Shown one piece after another: positions 20,748-29,966 of a DNA stretch of 64,000 bases. The notes below the pieces were generated by a model. It was not told the DNA's origin, ran no database searches, and worked only from the letters and a program-made list of their open reading frames with translations. The stretch spans positions 1-64,000 of IMG/VR virus record IMGVR_UViG_3300023116_008583; one strand, 5' to 3'. The translations under genes were made by a program, and so were the position numbers. Origin of the DNA: a virus. Numbering within the stretch: position 1 is the first letter of the stretch; every line of letters starts with the position of its first letter.

Positions 20748-21566
20748 ATGACACCAACTACGCTCGCGTCAGGAGTGAATCGTCTAACACTTGGAGTTGC
20801 AGTGCCCGCCAACAACACGTCTGGTGTGGCAAATGATGCCAGCCTCGCGGGCATATTCATCTTTACAAGGGTTCCAATCCGCATCTGGCAGATGAATAAT
20901 GCTGATGTCTGGTCTGAGCTAGACATTCTTACAGGAGAAGCAGGGTCTAGAATCTCGACAGTCTATTTTGATGACACTGAGATTACTAGAATCTTCCTGC
21001 AGTCGACAGGGGAAGATAATGTTGTTGTTAGAGCTGTTCGTAGAGAGACAGCAGATTCAAATGTTGCACAAGATGGTGTGAATAATCAAGTTCATATTGC
21101 CTCAAGTTCATTCTTAGATCTAACAGATACTCCGTCATCATTTGCCGCTCAAGCCGGAAAATATCCAAGAGTTAATAACGCAGGGACAATGCTTGAATTC
21201 GTCTCAGGTACAGGCGGTTATACAAACACAGATGTTGCTGCTTACCTAAATGGCAACTTAGACTCTCATATCATACCTGATACTAACGCTACATATGATA
21301 TTGGCACGGCAGAAAAGAAAATAAGACACTTATACTTAAGCCCTAACTCGATGTACATCGGTGACACTTGGATTAAAGCAGAGGGTGACCAAGTTAAGAC
21401 GCCAAATCTTTTAGTGGGAGATATTAATCTGAACAATGAAGGAAGAGCCAATGAAGTCGATGGAACAAACGGTCACTGGTCCATTCAAGAAGGCTCAGAT
21501 GATCTCTTCCTTATCAATCGAAAGACAGGTAAGAAATATCGATTTAATATCACAGAAATAGTATAG
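20748..21566 (+). CDS. Short fibre/decoration-like protein; N-terminal domain paralogous to 21828 gene
   Basis: First 115 aa about two-thirds identical to the next gene; C-terminus (IIPDTNATYDIG..NEVDGTNGHWSIQEG..LFLINRKTGKKYRF) resembles marine phage fibre tips. Confidence 0.65.
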   Translation: MTPTTLASGVNRLTLGVAVPANNTSGVANDASLAGIFIFTRVPIRIWQMNNADVWSELDILTGEAGSRISTVYFDDTEITRIFLQSTGEDNVVVRAVRRETADSNVAQDGVNNQVHIASSSFLDLTDTPSSFAAQAGKYPRVNNAGTMLEFVSGTGGYTNTDVAAYLNGNLDSHIIPDTNATYDIGTAEKKIRHLYLSPNSMYIGDTWIKAEGDQVKTPNLLVGDINLNNEGRANEVDGTNGHWSIQEGSDDLFLINRKTGKKYRFNITEIV

Positions 21567-21596
21567 TATTAACAAATTTTTCTTACTGTTTATATC

Positions 21597-21647
21597 CAGC
21601 CCGCTCACGTTCCATAAGGCGATCGTGAGCGGGTTGAATGTTTTTCG
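21597..21647 (+). terminator. Stem-loop, probable intrinsic terminator
   Basis: CAGCCCGCTCACG / CGTGAGCGGGTTG 13-bp stem (one G-U), 14-nt loop, followed by aatgttttt. Confidence 0.7.
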
Positions 21648-21655
21648 TAGAATAA

Positions 21656-21752
21656 ATTTAAAAATTATTTAAGATTTTCGTACGGCCCTGACATTGACAC
21701 GATTAATAAAGGCTTAGAGCGTCCCGAAGAGATGGTCCGAGAGAGGATCTGA
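21656..21752 (+). pseudogene. Orphan 3' fragment of the aminotransferase (repeat copy 2)
   Basis: Translates FKNYLRFSYGPDIDTINKGLERPEEMVRERI* versus FKNYLRFSYGPDMETINKGLARLEEMVQERI*. Confidence 0.85.
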
Positions 21753-21827
21753 TTTAAAATTAATTGCTTCATATGTAGTTTATGTTGCCCTTGCAGTAAC
21801 AGTCAGTAAACACACAGGAGCATTTGA

Positions 21828-24089
21828 ATGAATCCAACAAATCTAGTCGCAGGCGTTAATAGAGTAACCTTGGGTCTCACAGGCCCATCCTTAGCTACTG
21901 ACGGTGTAGCAGATGATGCTAATATCGCAGGTATGTTTATCTACTCACGGGTGCCAATTCGCATCTGGCAGATGAATAACGCCAATGTCTGGTCTCACAT
22001 GGATGAGCTCACAGGTGCTTCAGGCTCAAGAATTGTTACAGTTTACTTTGATACTACTAACACCACCAGAATCTTTCTGCAATCGACAGGAGATGATGGT
22101 GCCATTGTTCGCGTGGTTCGTCGAGAAGAAGCTGCGTCTGTGGTGCAGCAGGATGGTGTTAATAATAGAGTCGTGGGTGGCGGCGGAGTCGGCCCGCAAG
22201 GCCCAGCAGGCCCGCAAGGCCCAGCAGGCCCACAAGGTCCAGCAGGCCCACAAGGTCCAGCAGGACCACAAGGCCCAGCAGGAGCAGATGGCTCAGGAGA
22301 CTCCGGATGGTCAAATCTTGAAAATCCGCATACTCATACAGGAAGTTTAATAATTGATGTTCCTGGGGATGCAACTACTTGGTCTGTTGCCCCCACGCAG
22401 TACTTTAGATACAATGGTTCAGTTATAGGGGGCAGCAACACCCACAATCCTGAAGGAACTGGGCTCGTAGCATCTATAATAAGCAGTATGCCCAATGACA
22501 CACAGATTCCAAAAATTGAAATAGGCGGTTTTTACCAGACAGAGCCAGGAATTTCTGCCGGCTTCCACCCCACTTATTCATTAATGAGTGGCGGCTGGGC
22601 GCCCACTGATCATATTAACCCCAACCTTGACCCTCGTTTTACTGATCGAGTTAGCTTAGCGTCTGGGCGGGACCAATGGCTCCCAGATCTTGAATTTGGG
22701 CAGCCATCAAACCCAAGATTTTATACTTATGGTCCCATGGGTGGCGGCCCTGACGGTCCTAAGCTCCAGATAACGGGTTCTATTGTCATGGACCCGCAGT
22801 CTAATATCTTTATTGGAAATCCTGAAGGACCAGGTATGTCAAAATACCCTGAAGAGTGGACTTTGGGTGATGACGATGGCCTCTTAATAACACGAAATTT
22901 GTTTGTGAATAACAGCAATGATACTTATTATAGATTCGGCGACCATCGCTCTTACGTTAAGTTTGCGAATAGATCATACCTAGATTTAGGTCGATTCTCT
23001 ACTGTTGGGTATAAAGACGTCGATAATGATGATGTTGTGCTCTTCTCATCCAACGGAGCTCTTCATATACGCGACGGCTCAAGAATATACGGCAATCTTA
23101 GAACTGATGGGGTGCTTTTTGAACAAGACCACGATAGTTCAATGTCCATACAACGGCTTAATATTGTTAACGGCAGCAGTCACCCATGGTATCCAAACCA
23201 CCCAGGTTCTCTTAGCTGTGCTGGAGATGCTTCTTTTACAGGCGAGGCTTCTTTTACAGCCGACACAAGAATTGATAAGCTTTACGTTAACAGGGTAACA
23301 GATCAGCCGTCTGGCTGTGTTTCTCCTCTTATGATTCGCCAAGCGGGGACTAATTTCGGGCATAGAATTATGATTGATAGGCTCTATCAAGACGGCTCAT
23401 CGGGTGGTTGGAACATAGGTCTTGATTCTGACAATAAGCTTACCTTTCAATATTTCGTCCTGGACACTGACGGAGAACTTGTGAATGGATATTGGAACAA
23501 TGCAGATGCAGGTAGAGGCTATATAGCCAAACAAACTGATGTCGGCCAGCTCACCTTCACAGGTCAACACAGATCTATCCCGCAGGAGGGAACAGTTGCG
23601 GACTTTGAAGATAAGGTCGGTCTTATTGTTGTCTCAACAGGTAAATACAGTTCAATGGGAGAAGATGATATTACTATCAATGATGCCATGCCTAAAGTTG
23701 AGCTTTCTTCAGTGGCGAACGACAAGAGGGTCTTTGGTGTTGTCTCTAATGTGGAGGATACAGACAGTGACGAGCGAAGCTTTACACAAGGTATTTGGGG
23801 AACAAGTGTTGATAAGCCTGCAGGCGACGACCGCGTCATCATTAACTCTGTAGGCGAAGGTGCAATGTGGGTAACAGATATCAACGGCAACCTTGAGAAC
23901 GGTGACTATATCACATCCTCAGACCTCGCAGGGTATGGTATGAGGCAAGACGACGATCTACTTCACAACTACACAGTCGCTAAGATCACGATGGACTGCG
24001 ACTTCGATCTCAACTCCACCGAGTATCGTTGCGAACAGATCGGTCCTTACAAGCGTGCTTTCGTCGGAGTTACATACCACTGCGGATAA
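21828..24089 (+). CDS. Collagen-containing fibre protein with C-terminal chaperone/autocleavage-like domain
   Basis: Shared N-domain; (GPQGPA)5; beta-rich body; FTGQH..VNSVGEG-type..[23 protein letters not shown] terminus. Confidence 0.7.
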   Translation: MNPTNLVAGVNRVTLGLTGPSLATDGVADDANIAGMFIYSRVPIRIWQMNNANVWSHMDELTGASGSRIVTVYFDTTNTTRIFLQSTGDDGAIVRVVRREEAASVVQQDGVNNRVVGGGGVGPQGPAGPQGPAGPQGPAGPQGPAGPQGPAGADGSGDSGWSNLENPHTHTGSLIIDVPGDATTWSVAPTQYFRYNGSVIGGSNTHNPEGTGLVASIISSMPNDTQIPKIEIGGFYQTEPGISAGFHPTYSLMSGGWAPTDHINPNLDPRFTDRVSLASGRDQWLPDLEFGQPSNPRFYTYGPMGGGPDGPKLQITGSIVMDPQSNIFIGNPEGPGMSKYPEEWTLGDDDGLLITRNLFVNNSNDTYYRFGDHRSYVKFANRSYLDLGRFSTVGYKDVDNDDVVLFSSNGALHIRDGSRIYGNLRTDGVLFEQDHDSSMSIQRLNIVNGSSHPWYPNHPGSLSCAGDASFTGEASFTADTRIDKLYVNRVTDQPSGCVSPLMIRQAGTNFGHRIMIDRLYQDGSSGGWNIGLDSDNKLTFQYFVLDTDGELVNGYWNNADAGRGYIAKQTDVGQLTFTGQHRSIPQEGTVADFEDKVGLIVVSTGKYSSMGEDDITINDAMPKVELSSVANDKRVFGVVSNVEDTDSDERSFTQGIWGTSVDKPAGDDRVIINSVGEGAMWVTDINGNLENGDYITSSDLAGYGMRQDDDLLHNYTVAKITMDCDFDLNSTEYRCEQIGPYKRAFVGVTYHCG
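22191..22280 (+). repeat. 18-bp tandem repeat x5 encoding collagen GPQGPA
   Basis: ggcccgcaaggcccagca and variants, five units. Confidence 0.95.
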
Positions 24090-24150
24090 AGTTTATAAAC
24101 ATTTTGGCTCGGATTCAATACAATTAGTCATAAATGCCAAGGAGGTATAA

Positions 24151-24384
24151 ATGGCTAAGAAAGTTTATAAATTGCATGATGAAGTGATCGGTGAAGTTGC
24201 TCGCTCTTTGCAGCGTGCTCTGCTGACTGGAACTGATATCGTAGATCATCTACGTCAGATCGAACTCAATGTTCAGCGAGGAGATAGTTCCGTGACGCTG
24301 TCTGAGGAATTCGTTCGACGCCAGACTAAGAATGATCAGCGCATGGTCGATGAAGCTGAAGCGCTAAATCTCGAGACTGAGTAA
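24151..24384 (+). CDS. Hypothetical protein
   Basis: Strong AGGAGG RBS; heads the NTP-PPase operon. Confidence 0.6.
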   Translation: MAKKVYKLHDEVIGEVARSLQRALLTGTDIVDHLRQIELNVQRGDSSVTLSEEFVRRQTKNDQRMVDEAEALNLETE

Positions 24385-24385
24385 G

Positions 24386-24769
24386 ATGTCAGAAACATCT
24401 TCTGATAGATTAGATGCCATTTTCTTTCTGCAGGAAAGATTTATGGAACAGCTTTCCCAGAACAAAGAGCCTCTACCTGAGTGGCCTGTGGACCCTTCTG
24501 ATAAGAAGGCACAGCAGTTCATTCGTGATATCATTCACAGAGGTACTGAAGAAGCATTTGAAGCACTTCTTCATCTTAAGAACTGGAAGCCTCACAAGCA
24601 CACTGAGAACAAAGAATTTGATCGAGATGCGTTTCTCGAGGAGATGATTGACGATTTCACATATAAGCTGGAAGCGTTGATTTTGATGGGTTATGAGCCA
24701 AAAGAATTTTTTAACGCATTTTGCGAAAAGAATAGAAGAAATCTGGACAGGGTCAGAGGAGAATACTAA
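24386..24769 (+). CDS. All-alpha NTP pyrophosphatase (dimeric dUTPase / T4 gp56 dCTPase-like)
   Basis: EEAFE..WKPHK..LEEMIDD..EKNRRNLDR..Y acidic helix pattern. Confidence 0.75.
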   Translation: MSETSSDRLDAIFFLQERFMEQLSQNKEPLPEWPVDPSDKKAQQFIRDIIHRGTEEAFEALLHLKNWKPHKHTENKEFDRDAFLEEMIDDFTYKLEALILMGYEPKEFFNAFCEKNRRNLDRVRGEY

Positions 24770-24770
24770 C

Positions 24771-25700
24771 CTGCTCGAGTATCTGTTCAGAACTCAGAAA
24801 AGCTTTTCTTCTAAATTTATTGATCAAGAGAATCTCTCCCTTGAAGAAAAAGAGCGCCTTACACAAGAGTTTGCGCTCGCTCTTCATAATGAAGTTTCTT
24901 CCCTTGTCAGAGAGATTAACTTTAAACATCACGCAAGTGAAAGAAAAGATATTGTAAAGAATTCGATCTTGTTCGAAGGGATTGACTGTTTTCGTTATCT
25001 TTTGGCGATTATGAACTTGTGGGGCTTTACAGCCGATGAGTTTTTAGAAGCTTTTGATGACAAGGCTGCGTACTTAGATATCAAATACAATAATGACAAA
25101 GAGTGGGCAGGTCAGCCTGTAGTACTTGTTGATGTCGACGATGTAGTAGCAAATTTTAGAGAAGGGTATGCTGATTATTTGAATTCTCTAGACGGAGTCA
25201 ATGTTGATGTAAACTCTAGCGAATACTATTTCACAGAAGGCATACCAAGAGAAAAGTATAATCCTGAGCTGATCTTTCAAGACTTTATTGAAGCAAGAAT
25301 GCTAAGAACTCTAACAGTAGATCAAAGCATGATCAGTGCTGTAAATGATTTATATGATAAAGGGTACTGGATTCATGTTCTGACTGCAAGACCTGACTGG
25401 AACCAGACATGCAAGTATGATACTTACACGTGGCTTTCAAATTCAGGATTGAAGTTTCATCGGATATCTTTTTCTCCTGAGAAGATGATTTGGGCAGCAA
25501 AATCAAAGTATTATGACGGAAATGCAATATTCTGTGCGATAGATGATTCTCCCAAGCACTCCAGAGAATATGCGAAGCATGGTGTGAAGGTAATTTCACC
25601 GAAAAAACCGTACAATTCAGAGCTTGAAAGTGTTGACAATGTCTTTGTGGTAAAAAGCGGAGATGAGGTAGAAGCGGTAATACAAAACTTTAACGGATAG
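24771..25700 (+). CDS. All-alpha NTP-PPase domain fused to HAD 5'(3')-deoxyribonucleotidase
   Basis: N: HNEVSS..FKHH..FEGIDCFRY..DK; C: VDVDDVV, LTAR, K, IDDSP. ORF track starts at 24693; the CTG at 24771 is the inferred start. Confidence 0.7.
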   Translation: MLEYLFRTQKSFSSKFIDQENLSLEEKERLTQEFALALHNEVSSLVREINFKHHASERKDIVKNSILFEGIDCFRYLLAIMNLWGFTADEFLEAFDDKAAYLDIKYNNDKEWAGQPVVLVDVDDVVANFREGYADYLNSLDGVNVDVNSSEYYFTEGIPREKYNPELIFQDFIEARMLRTLTVDQSMISAVNDLYDKGYWIHVLTARPDWNQTCKYDTYTWLSNSGLKFHRISFSPEKMIWAAKSKYYDGNAIFCAIDDSPKHSREYAKHGVKVISPKKPYNSELESVDNVFVVKSGDEVEAVIQNFNG

Positions 25701-25729
25701 GGCATATTTAATTCTGCAGAGGATTTTTT

Positions 25730-26011
25730 ATGTATAGCCTTCCCTATCTCTCTGATATCAGAGAAAAAATTGACAAAAAGATCGAAGAAGATCCTGACTT
25801 CTACGATAACGTAAGAGTCAATGGGTTAAGAAAGGACATTGTAGATCTGCTCAAAGACATGAGAAAATGGGTCGACAAAAAAGATCAAAACCAGATTTTA
25901 GGAAAGAATAGAACATATTTACCCGTGAGAGATTCAAACGCACAAGTTAATGATCTCATACAGCGCCATTCTGATATTGTTGACACAGCCAAGCGTCTAG
26001 GAATTATATAA
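25730..26011 (+). CDS. Hypothetical protein
   Basis: RBS GAGG; coupled to the next gene. Confidence 0.5.
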   Translation: MYSLPYLSDIREKIDKKIEEDPDFYDNVRVNGLRKDIVDLLKDMRKWVDKKDQNQILGKNRTYLPVRDSNAQVNDLIQRHSDIVDTAKRLGII

Positions 26012-26946
26012 TGAGAAAAATCAAGATCAAAAGAGTCATGACCGAAGCTTTTCCGGACGCTTCTAAGGGTGATTGCGATGTTTTCGCAGTTTTTGATTTT
26101 GATGAGACGGTAGCTATAACAGATTCAGTAATTCATGTCGTAGACAAAGAATCAGGTGAGAGAAAAAGGTCTTTTACTCCCGACGAGTACGCTGTTAAGT
26201 TTGGTACGGGAGAAGAATCCTTATCAAGCACAGAAGAGTTTGACTACTCAGAATTTGATGATGTAGACCCAGGATCAACCAAGACAACTGAAGTTTTTGA
26301 GATTCTGAAGAATGTTGTTGAGTGTGGAGTTACCGCGGCTGCGATTCTTACTGCCAGGGGTCCCGAGGCTAGGCAGGGTATTAAAGATTTCCTCTCAAAA
26401 CTAAACGTGAACTTACAAGTCATCGATACTGTAAACACTTCTTCTCCGGCGGCCAAAGCTGCTAAATTTAGAGGCTATGCAAAACAGTTCAATCCTTCGA
26501 CAATGCACTTCTATGAAGATTCAGACCCTAACAGAGCAGCTGTTGAAAACATGGTTAGAAGCTCGAAAGATTTTGAAGGTATTGACGTATTCATTCACAA
26601 CGTCAAGAAAGGTGAGAAGCAAGACTCGGGTCATGTCTTGGCTACGTATGAAGCTCCTCCTGAACCGAAAAATCCAATGGTGAAGGAAGCAAGAGAGAAA
26701 ACAGTTAATCTCATGCTTGAAGCGCTCACAGACACAGACGTTCGTCGTATTGAGGGCATAGCAAGAAGAGAGATTAGAGACTTTTTAAGGCAAAACCTCG
26801 AGAAAAAAGTAATGAGTTTTGTGCAAAAAGAACTCAAGGGAAGAGACAACGAAAAGATAATCAGAGATATCGCAGCTAAAGTAATTGTTGATCTCTATCG
26901 TGCGCTCTGGGTCAAACGATCTTTTTGGGAACAAGATCTAAAATAG
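26011..26946 (+). CDS. HAD-superfamily phosphatase with C-terminal helical extension
   Basis: FDFDET, ILTAR, K, FYEDS..N; resembles RNA-repair-type phage HADs. Confidence 0.75.
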   Translation: MRKIKIKRVMTEAFPDASKGDCDVFAVFDFDETVAITDSVIHVVDKESGERKRSFTPDEYAVKFGTGEESLSSTEEFDYSEFDDVDPGSTKTTEVFEILKNVVECGVTAAAILTARGPEARQGIKDFLSKLNVNLQVIDTVNTSSPAAKAAKFRGYAKQFNPSTMHFYEDSDPNRAAVENMVRSSKDFEGIDVFIHNVKKGEKQDSGHVLATYEAPPEPKNPMVKEAREKTVNLMLEALTDTDVRRIEGIARREIRDFLRQNLEKKVMSFVQKELKGRDNEKIIRDIAAKVIVDLYRALWVKRSFWEQDLK

Positions 26947-26947
26947 T

Positions 26948-26976
26948 TTGAACAATCTGATAACATGATGTAGTAT
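26948..26976 (+). promoter_or_regulatory. Possible sigma70-like promoter TTGAAC-N17-TAGTAT
   Basis: Intergenic, before the AGGAG RBS of the ThyX-like gene. Confidence 0.45.
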
Positions 26977-27005
26977 TTCTTATGCTTTCATAGGAGATAA
27001 ACAGC

Positions 27006-27989
27006 ATGCCTCAAAACCCCAATCTTGAACCTGTTACTTTGCCCATGCCTCTTCGGTTTGAAGAGAAGCCGGAAACTGAATTTGTTAACGATCTTGATGC
27101 ACTGCGTGTTGAGCTTGTTGACAGTCCTACTGGCGAGCAAATCCGCAATGTCGCATACCGTTATGTAAAAGCTACCTGGGCTGATTCCCCCGAAGAAACT
27201 GACCCCTTGAATGCCACTCAGCGCGAGCTTTCTGAGACTCTTGAAGATGTCATGCAGTTTCGCGCTCTTCCTGCTGGAATGGAAGCAATGTCCTTCACAT
27301 TCCTCATTGGTGGAATCGATCTCCAGACCGTTACTCACTTGATCCGACATCGAGCCGGCACTTTTGCTGCTCAATGCACCGGTGATCGCTGGCAATCACA
27401 TAGTCGTGCTTTGGTCCCAGCTGCTGTTCAAAACAGTCCTGAAATCTATGATCGCTGGAAGGACCACGTTGAAGCAGGTAAGCAGCTTTACGCAGATATG
27501 ATCGATACCAGGGAGATTAGTATTATGGATGCCCGGACCATTCTGCCACGTGCCATCGAAACCTTTTACTATGCTCGATTTAATCTGAAAGACCTGATCG
27601 GTTTCATTCGGCAGCGATGTGATAAGCAAATTCAGCCCGCAGCAGATAATCTGATGGCTGCTAAGATGGCACTTGAGGTTTGCAAGGTTATCCCAGAGGC
27701 AGCAACTGTTATCGGAACTAAGACTCTGACAGGTCCCGCCATGCACTACGTGCGTAATCTTCGAGCCGGAACCGGAACGAACCTTTATTGGCCCGACGCT
27801 GATACTGACGCTAAGATTGAATACCATCCGAATGATACGATCTATCAGGCTGAAAGAGATGATGTTAACGGTACTAACCCGCCTGAAGATGAAACAGGTG
27901 AAAATAGCAAATTCCGCCAACATTGGAACTCACTGCTAGCACAGATCAATGACATTGAAGTGGAATATCGAGATCGAATGGGTCGATAA
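27006..27989 (+). CDS. Divergent ThyX-like flavin-dependent enzyme
   Basis: E..SFTF.I.GI, THLIRHR-X7-C, DARTILP..T, NLKDL..FIRQR..IQ. Confidence 0.75.
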   Translation: MPQNPNLEPVTLPMPLRFEEKPETEFVNDLDALRVELVDSPTGEQIRNVAYRYVKATWADSPEETDPLNATQRELSETLEDVMQFRALPAGMEAMSFTFLIGGIDLQTVTHLIRHRAGTFAAQCTGDRWQSHSRALVPAAVQNSPEIYDRWKDHVEAGKQLYADMIDTREISIMDARTILPRAIETFYYARFNLKDLIGFIRQRCDKQIQPAADNLMAAKMALEVCKVIPEAATVIGTKTLTGPAMHYVRNLRAGTGTNLYWPDADTDAKIEYHPNDTIYQAERDDVNGTNPPEDETGENSKFRQHWNSLLAQINDIEVEYRDRMGR

Positions 27990-27990
27990 A

Positions 27991-28263
27991 GTGCCGTTTT
28001 CAAATAAAAACACGTCAAGAAGGCGAGAGCTGATTTATAGTTCAATCGATCTACAGCTAAGCTTTTACCAAGCAAATGCAGTTCTGTTGTCAAACAAAGA
28101 AAAAGAAATGAGCGAACAAGAATTTCTTATTTGGGAACAGTACTTACACCCAATTGCAAAATCAGACGAGTTTTTATATCGCGATATAGTTGAATTCGGT
28201 GCTCAGCTACCTGATGTTGGACATGCTTTAAGAGAAAGACTTAAGAAAACATCTTTGTCGTAG
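27991..28263 (+). CDS. Hypothetical protein
   Basis: GTG directly after the ThyX-like stop, same frame as the track ORF at 27949. Confidence 0.45.
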   Translation: MPFSNKNTSRRRELIYSSIDLQLSFYQANAVLLSNKEKEMSEQEFLIWEQYLHPIAKSDEFLYRDIVEFGAQLPDVGHALRERLKKTSLS

Positions 28264-28273
28264 GAAATTAAAT

Positions 28274-28489
28274 TTGAGACTTCGAGAACTAGATCTTCAC
28301 GGTTTTGATCATGACTGGGCTAGAAAAATGGTTATTTCTTGGTCGAATCAAAACTTTCCGCCCTACAAGATAATCACAGGAAACTCAGCACAGATGCAAA
28401 AAATAGTGAGAGAAGTCCTCGGAAAAAAATACAATATTGAATATGAAAGCTATCATAATTTAGGAGCGCTCATTGTTACCCCCAGATAA
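28274..28489 (+). CDS. Stand-alone Smr-domain protein
   Basis: ELDLHG..KIITG.S..M..IV..L..NLGAL. Confidence 0.7.
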   Translation: MRLRELDLHGFDHDWARKMVISWSNQNFPPYKIITGNSAQMQKIVREVLGKKYNIEYESYHNLGALIVTPR

Positions 28490-28637
28490 TCTAAATCCAG
28501 AAATCTTAAGAGTTATGTTAATGGCTGCTATTATAGAGCTAGAGGAAACTAAAAGAAAGAATTCTTTATACTCTGTGCTTATACCCTTTATGTTTACAGT
28601 AGGCCTAGGCGTAGGCTTCTACATTGGAATTTCATAA
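28473..28637 (+). CDS. Small membrane protein (54 aa, below the track cutoff)
   Basis: AGGAG then TTG; MLPPDNLNPEILRVMLMAAIIELEETKRKNSLYSVLIPFMFTVGLGVGFYIGIS*; C-terminal TM helix; fills the gap. Confidence 0.55.
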   Translation: MLPPDNLNPEILRVMLMAAIIELEETKRKNSLYSVLIPFMFTVGLGVGFYIGIS

Positions 28638-28650
28638 TTTTGGAGAAAAA

Positions 28651-29088
28651 ATGAAAGTTTATATCGCATCACCTTTTTTCAATCCTAAGCAAGTTGATCA
28701 AGTCGAGTTTATGAAGAATGCTTTGACTGCAACTGGTCATGAGTATTTTAGTCCAAAGGATTTTTTCGTTCTCAAACCAAATGCAACTCAAGAAGATCGT
28801 CAACGCATCTTTGATGTGAACTGCGAAAAGATTCAGTGGGCTGATTTTGTTCTTTGCAATACTGAGGCAAAAGATCTCGGTACTATTTGGGAAGCAGGAT
28901 ATGCTTATGGCATCAATAAGCCTGTTGTTTTCTTTGCAGAAGGTCTCCCGGATGGAAAGTTCAATGTGATGCTTAGTGAAGCAGGACAATCTGTTAATAC
29001 GACCAGAGATCAGCTTGTCGATTATCTAGACCGTGTAAATGAATCTGGAGAGCTTATAATTGAACAGTACACGGGGTTCACGCAGTAA
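28651..29088 (+). CDS. Nucleoside 2-deoxyribosyltransferase / nucleotide N-glycosidase family
   Basis: KVYIASPFF, FSP, IF..N..I..AD, DLGTIWEAGYA, NVML; ATG at 28651 after GGAG. Confidence 0.85.
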   Translation: MKVYIASPFFNPKQVDQVEFMKNALTATGHEYFSPKDFFVLKPNATQEDRQRIFDVNCEKIQWADFVLCNTEAKDLGTIWEAGYAYGINKPVVFFAEGLPDGKFNVMLSEAGQSVNTTRDQLVDYLDRVNESGELIIEQYTGFTQ

Positions 29089-29090
29089 GC

Positions 29091-29414
29091 ATGAAACACG
29101 ACATCATTACTGAAGAAAATGCGGATAGATTTAAAGGACAGACTCAAATGCCTAATTTGATCCTGTACCCTATTAAGAAAATTGATGACAATATTTTTGA
29201 AGTAGTGAAAAAGGAAACAATGGTTTTTTGGGGAAACAAAGAAGGCAATAGTATCAAGTCTTCTAATGTGTCTCTGAAATCCATTGGAAAGTTTGACGGC
29301 GAGTTGAGTGAGGCTTTACAAGTTTTAAAATCAACGCTTCCACCGTCTCAGGCCTTCCTAATACACGTGGAAGGAAATAATATTAGCAGGGCAATGATTC
29401 CCCTGAGAAAGTAA
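29091..29414 (+). CDS. Hypothetical protein
   Basis: Tightly packed ORF. Confidence 0.5.
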   Translation: MKHDIITEENADRFKGQTQMPNLILYPIKKIDDNIFEVVKKETMVFWGNKEGNSIKSSNVSLKSIGKFDGELSEALQVLKSTLPPSQAFLIHVEGNNISRAMIPLRK

Positions 29415-29422
29415 GAAATTTT

Positions 29423-29776
29423 ATGAATGTCAGCGAAACAAAAAGCGCTTTAATTGAAGCACATGAACAACTTTGTTCGTTTGCGAAGTCTCTTCATGTC
29501 TTAGGTTTTAAAGATGATGATTATTTTGATTTCGAATTTGAGTGGATCCAGATGTGTGTAGGTTTGTGCGAAATCTATTCCACCAGCACAGACGAGTTTG
29601 TAAAAAATCGAGCACTAAAGAAGATCAATTCGATCATCGGCAATGAAGATTCAGATAATCAACTTTCTTTTGATTTCGCTACATCTGCTAAGTCTAATCC
29701 GATTAAAGCAGTTCGTGCAACTAAAGAAAACACCATGCCTTTTGATTTTGAGAGCGTAAATTTCATTGACGACTAA
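29423..29776 (+). CDS. Hypothetical protein
   Basis: Tightly packed ORF. Confidence 0.5.
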   Translation: MNVSETKSALIEAHEQLCSFAKSLHVLGFKDDDYFDFEFEWIQMCVGLCEIYSTSTDEFVKNRALKKINSIIGNEDSDNQLSFDFATSAKSNPIKAVRATKENTMPFDFESVNFIDD

Positions 29777-29966
29777 CGAAAGAAAGCCTATTTTGGAAGA
29801 TGAGAGCATTCTTTGGCCCGGAACAAAGATCGTGGTTAAAGAAACCAAGGAGCAAGGAATAATCTTGCACTCTCTCAGATACGGTGAAACTTATTCCGTT
29901 CAAACACCCTCAGGTAACGTTTTAACTCTTAAGAAAACAGATATGGAGATCATGTCATGCGAGTAA
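29766..29966 (+). CDS. Small SH3/KOW-like hypothetical protein
   Basis: PGTKIVVK..GII..Y.V pattern; overlaps neighbours. Confidence 0.4.
   Translation: MTTNERKPILEDESILWPGTKIVVKETKEQGIILHSLRYGETYSVQTPSGNVLTLKKTDMEIMSCE

Noticed and set aside
20564-21752. Repeat pair as DGR template/variable repeats or att sites
   Set aside because: Mismatches are not adenine-specific but mostly synonymous; no reverse transcriptase or integrase in the window
22191-22280. Tandem repeat as a CRISPR array
   Set aside because: No spacers; in-frame collagen codons; no cas genes
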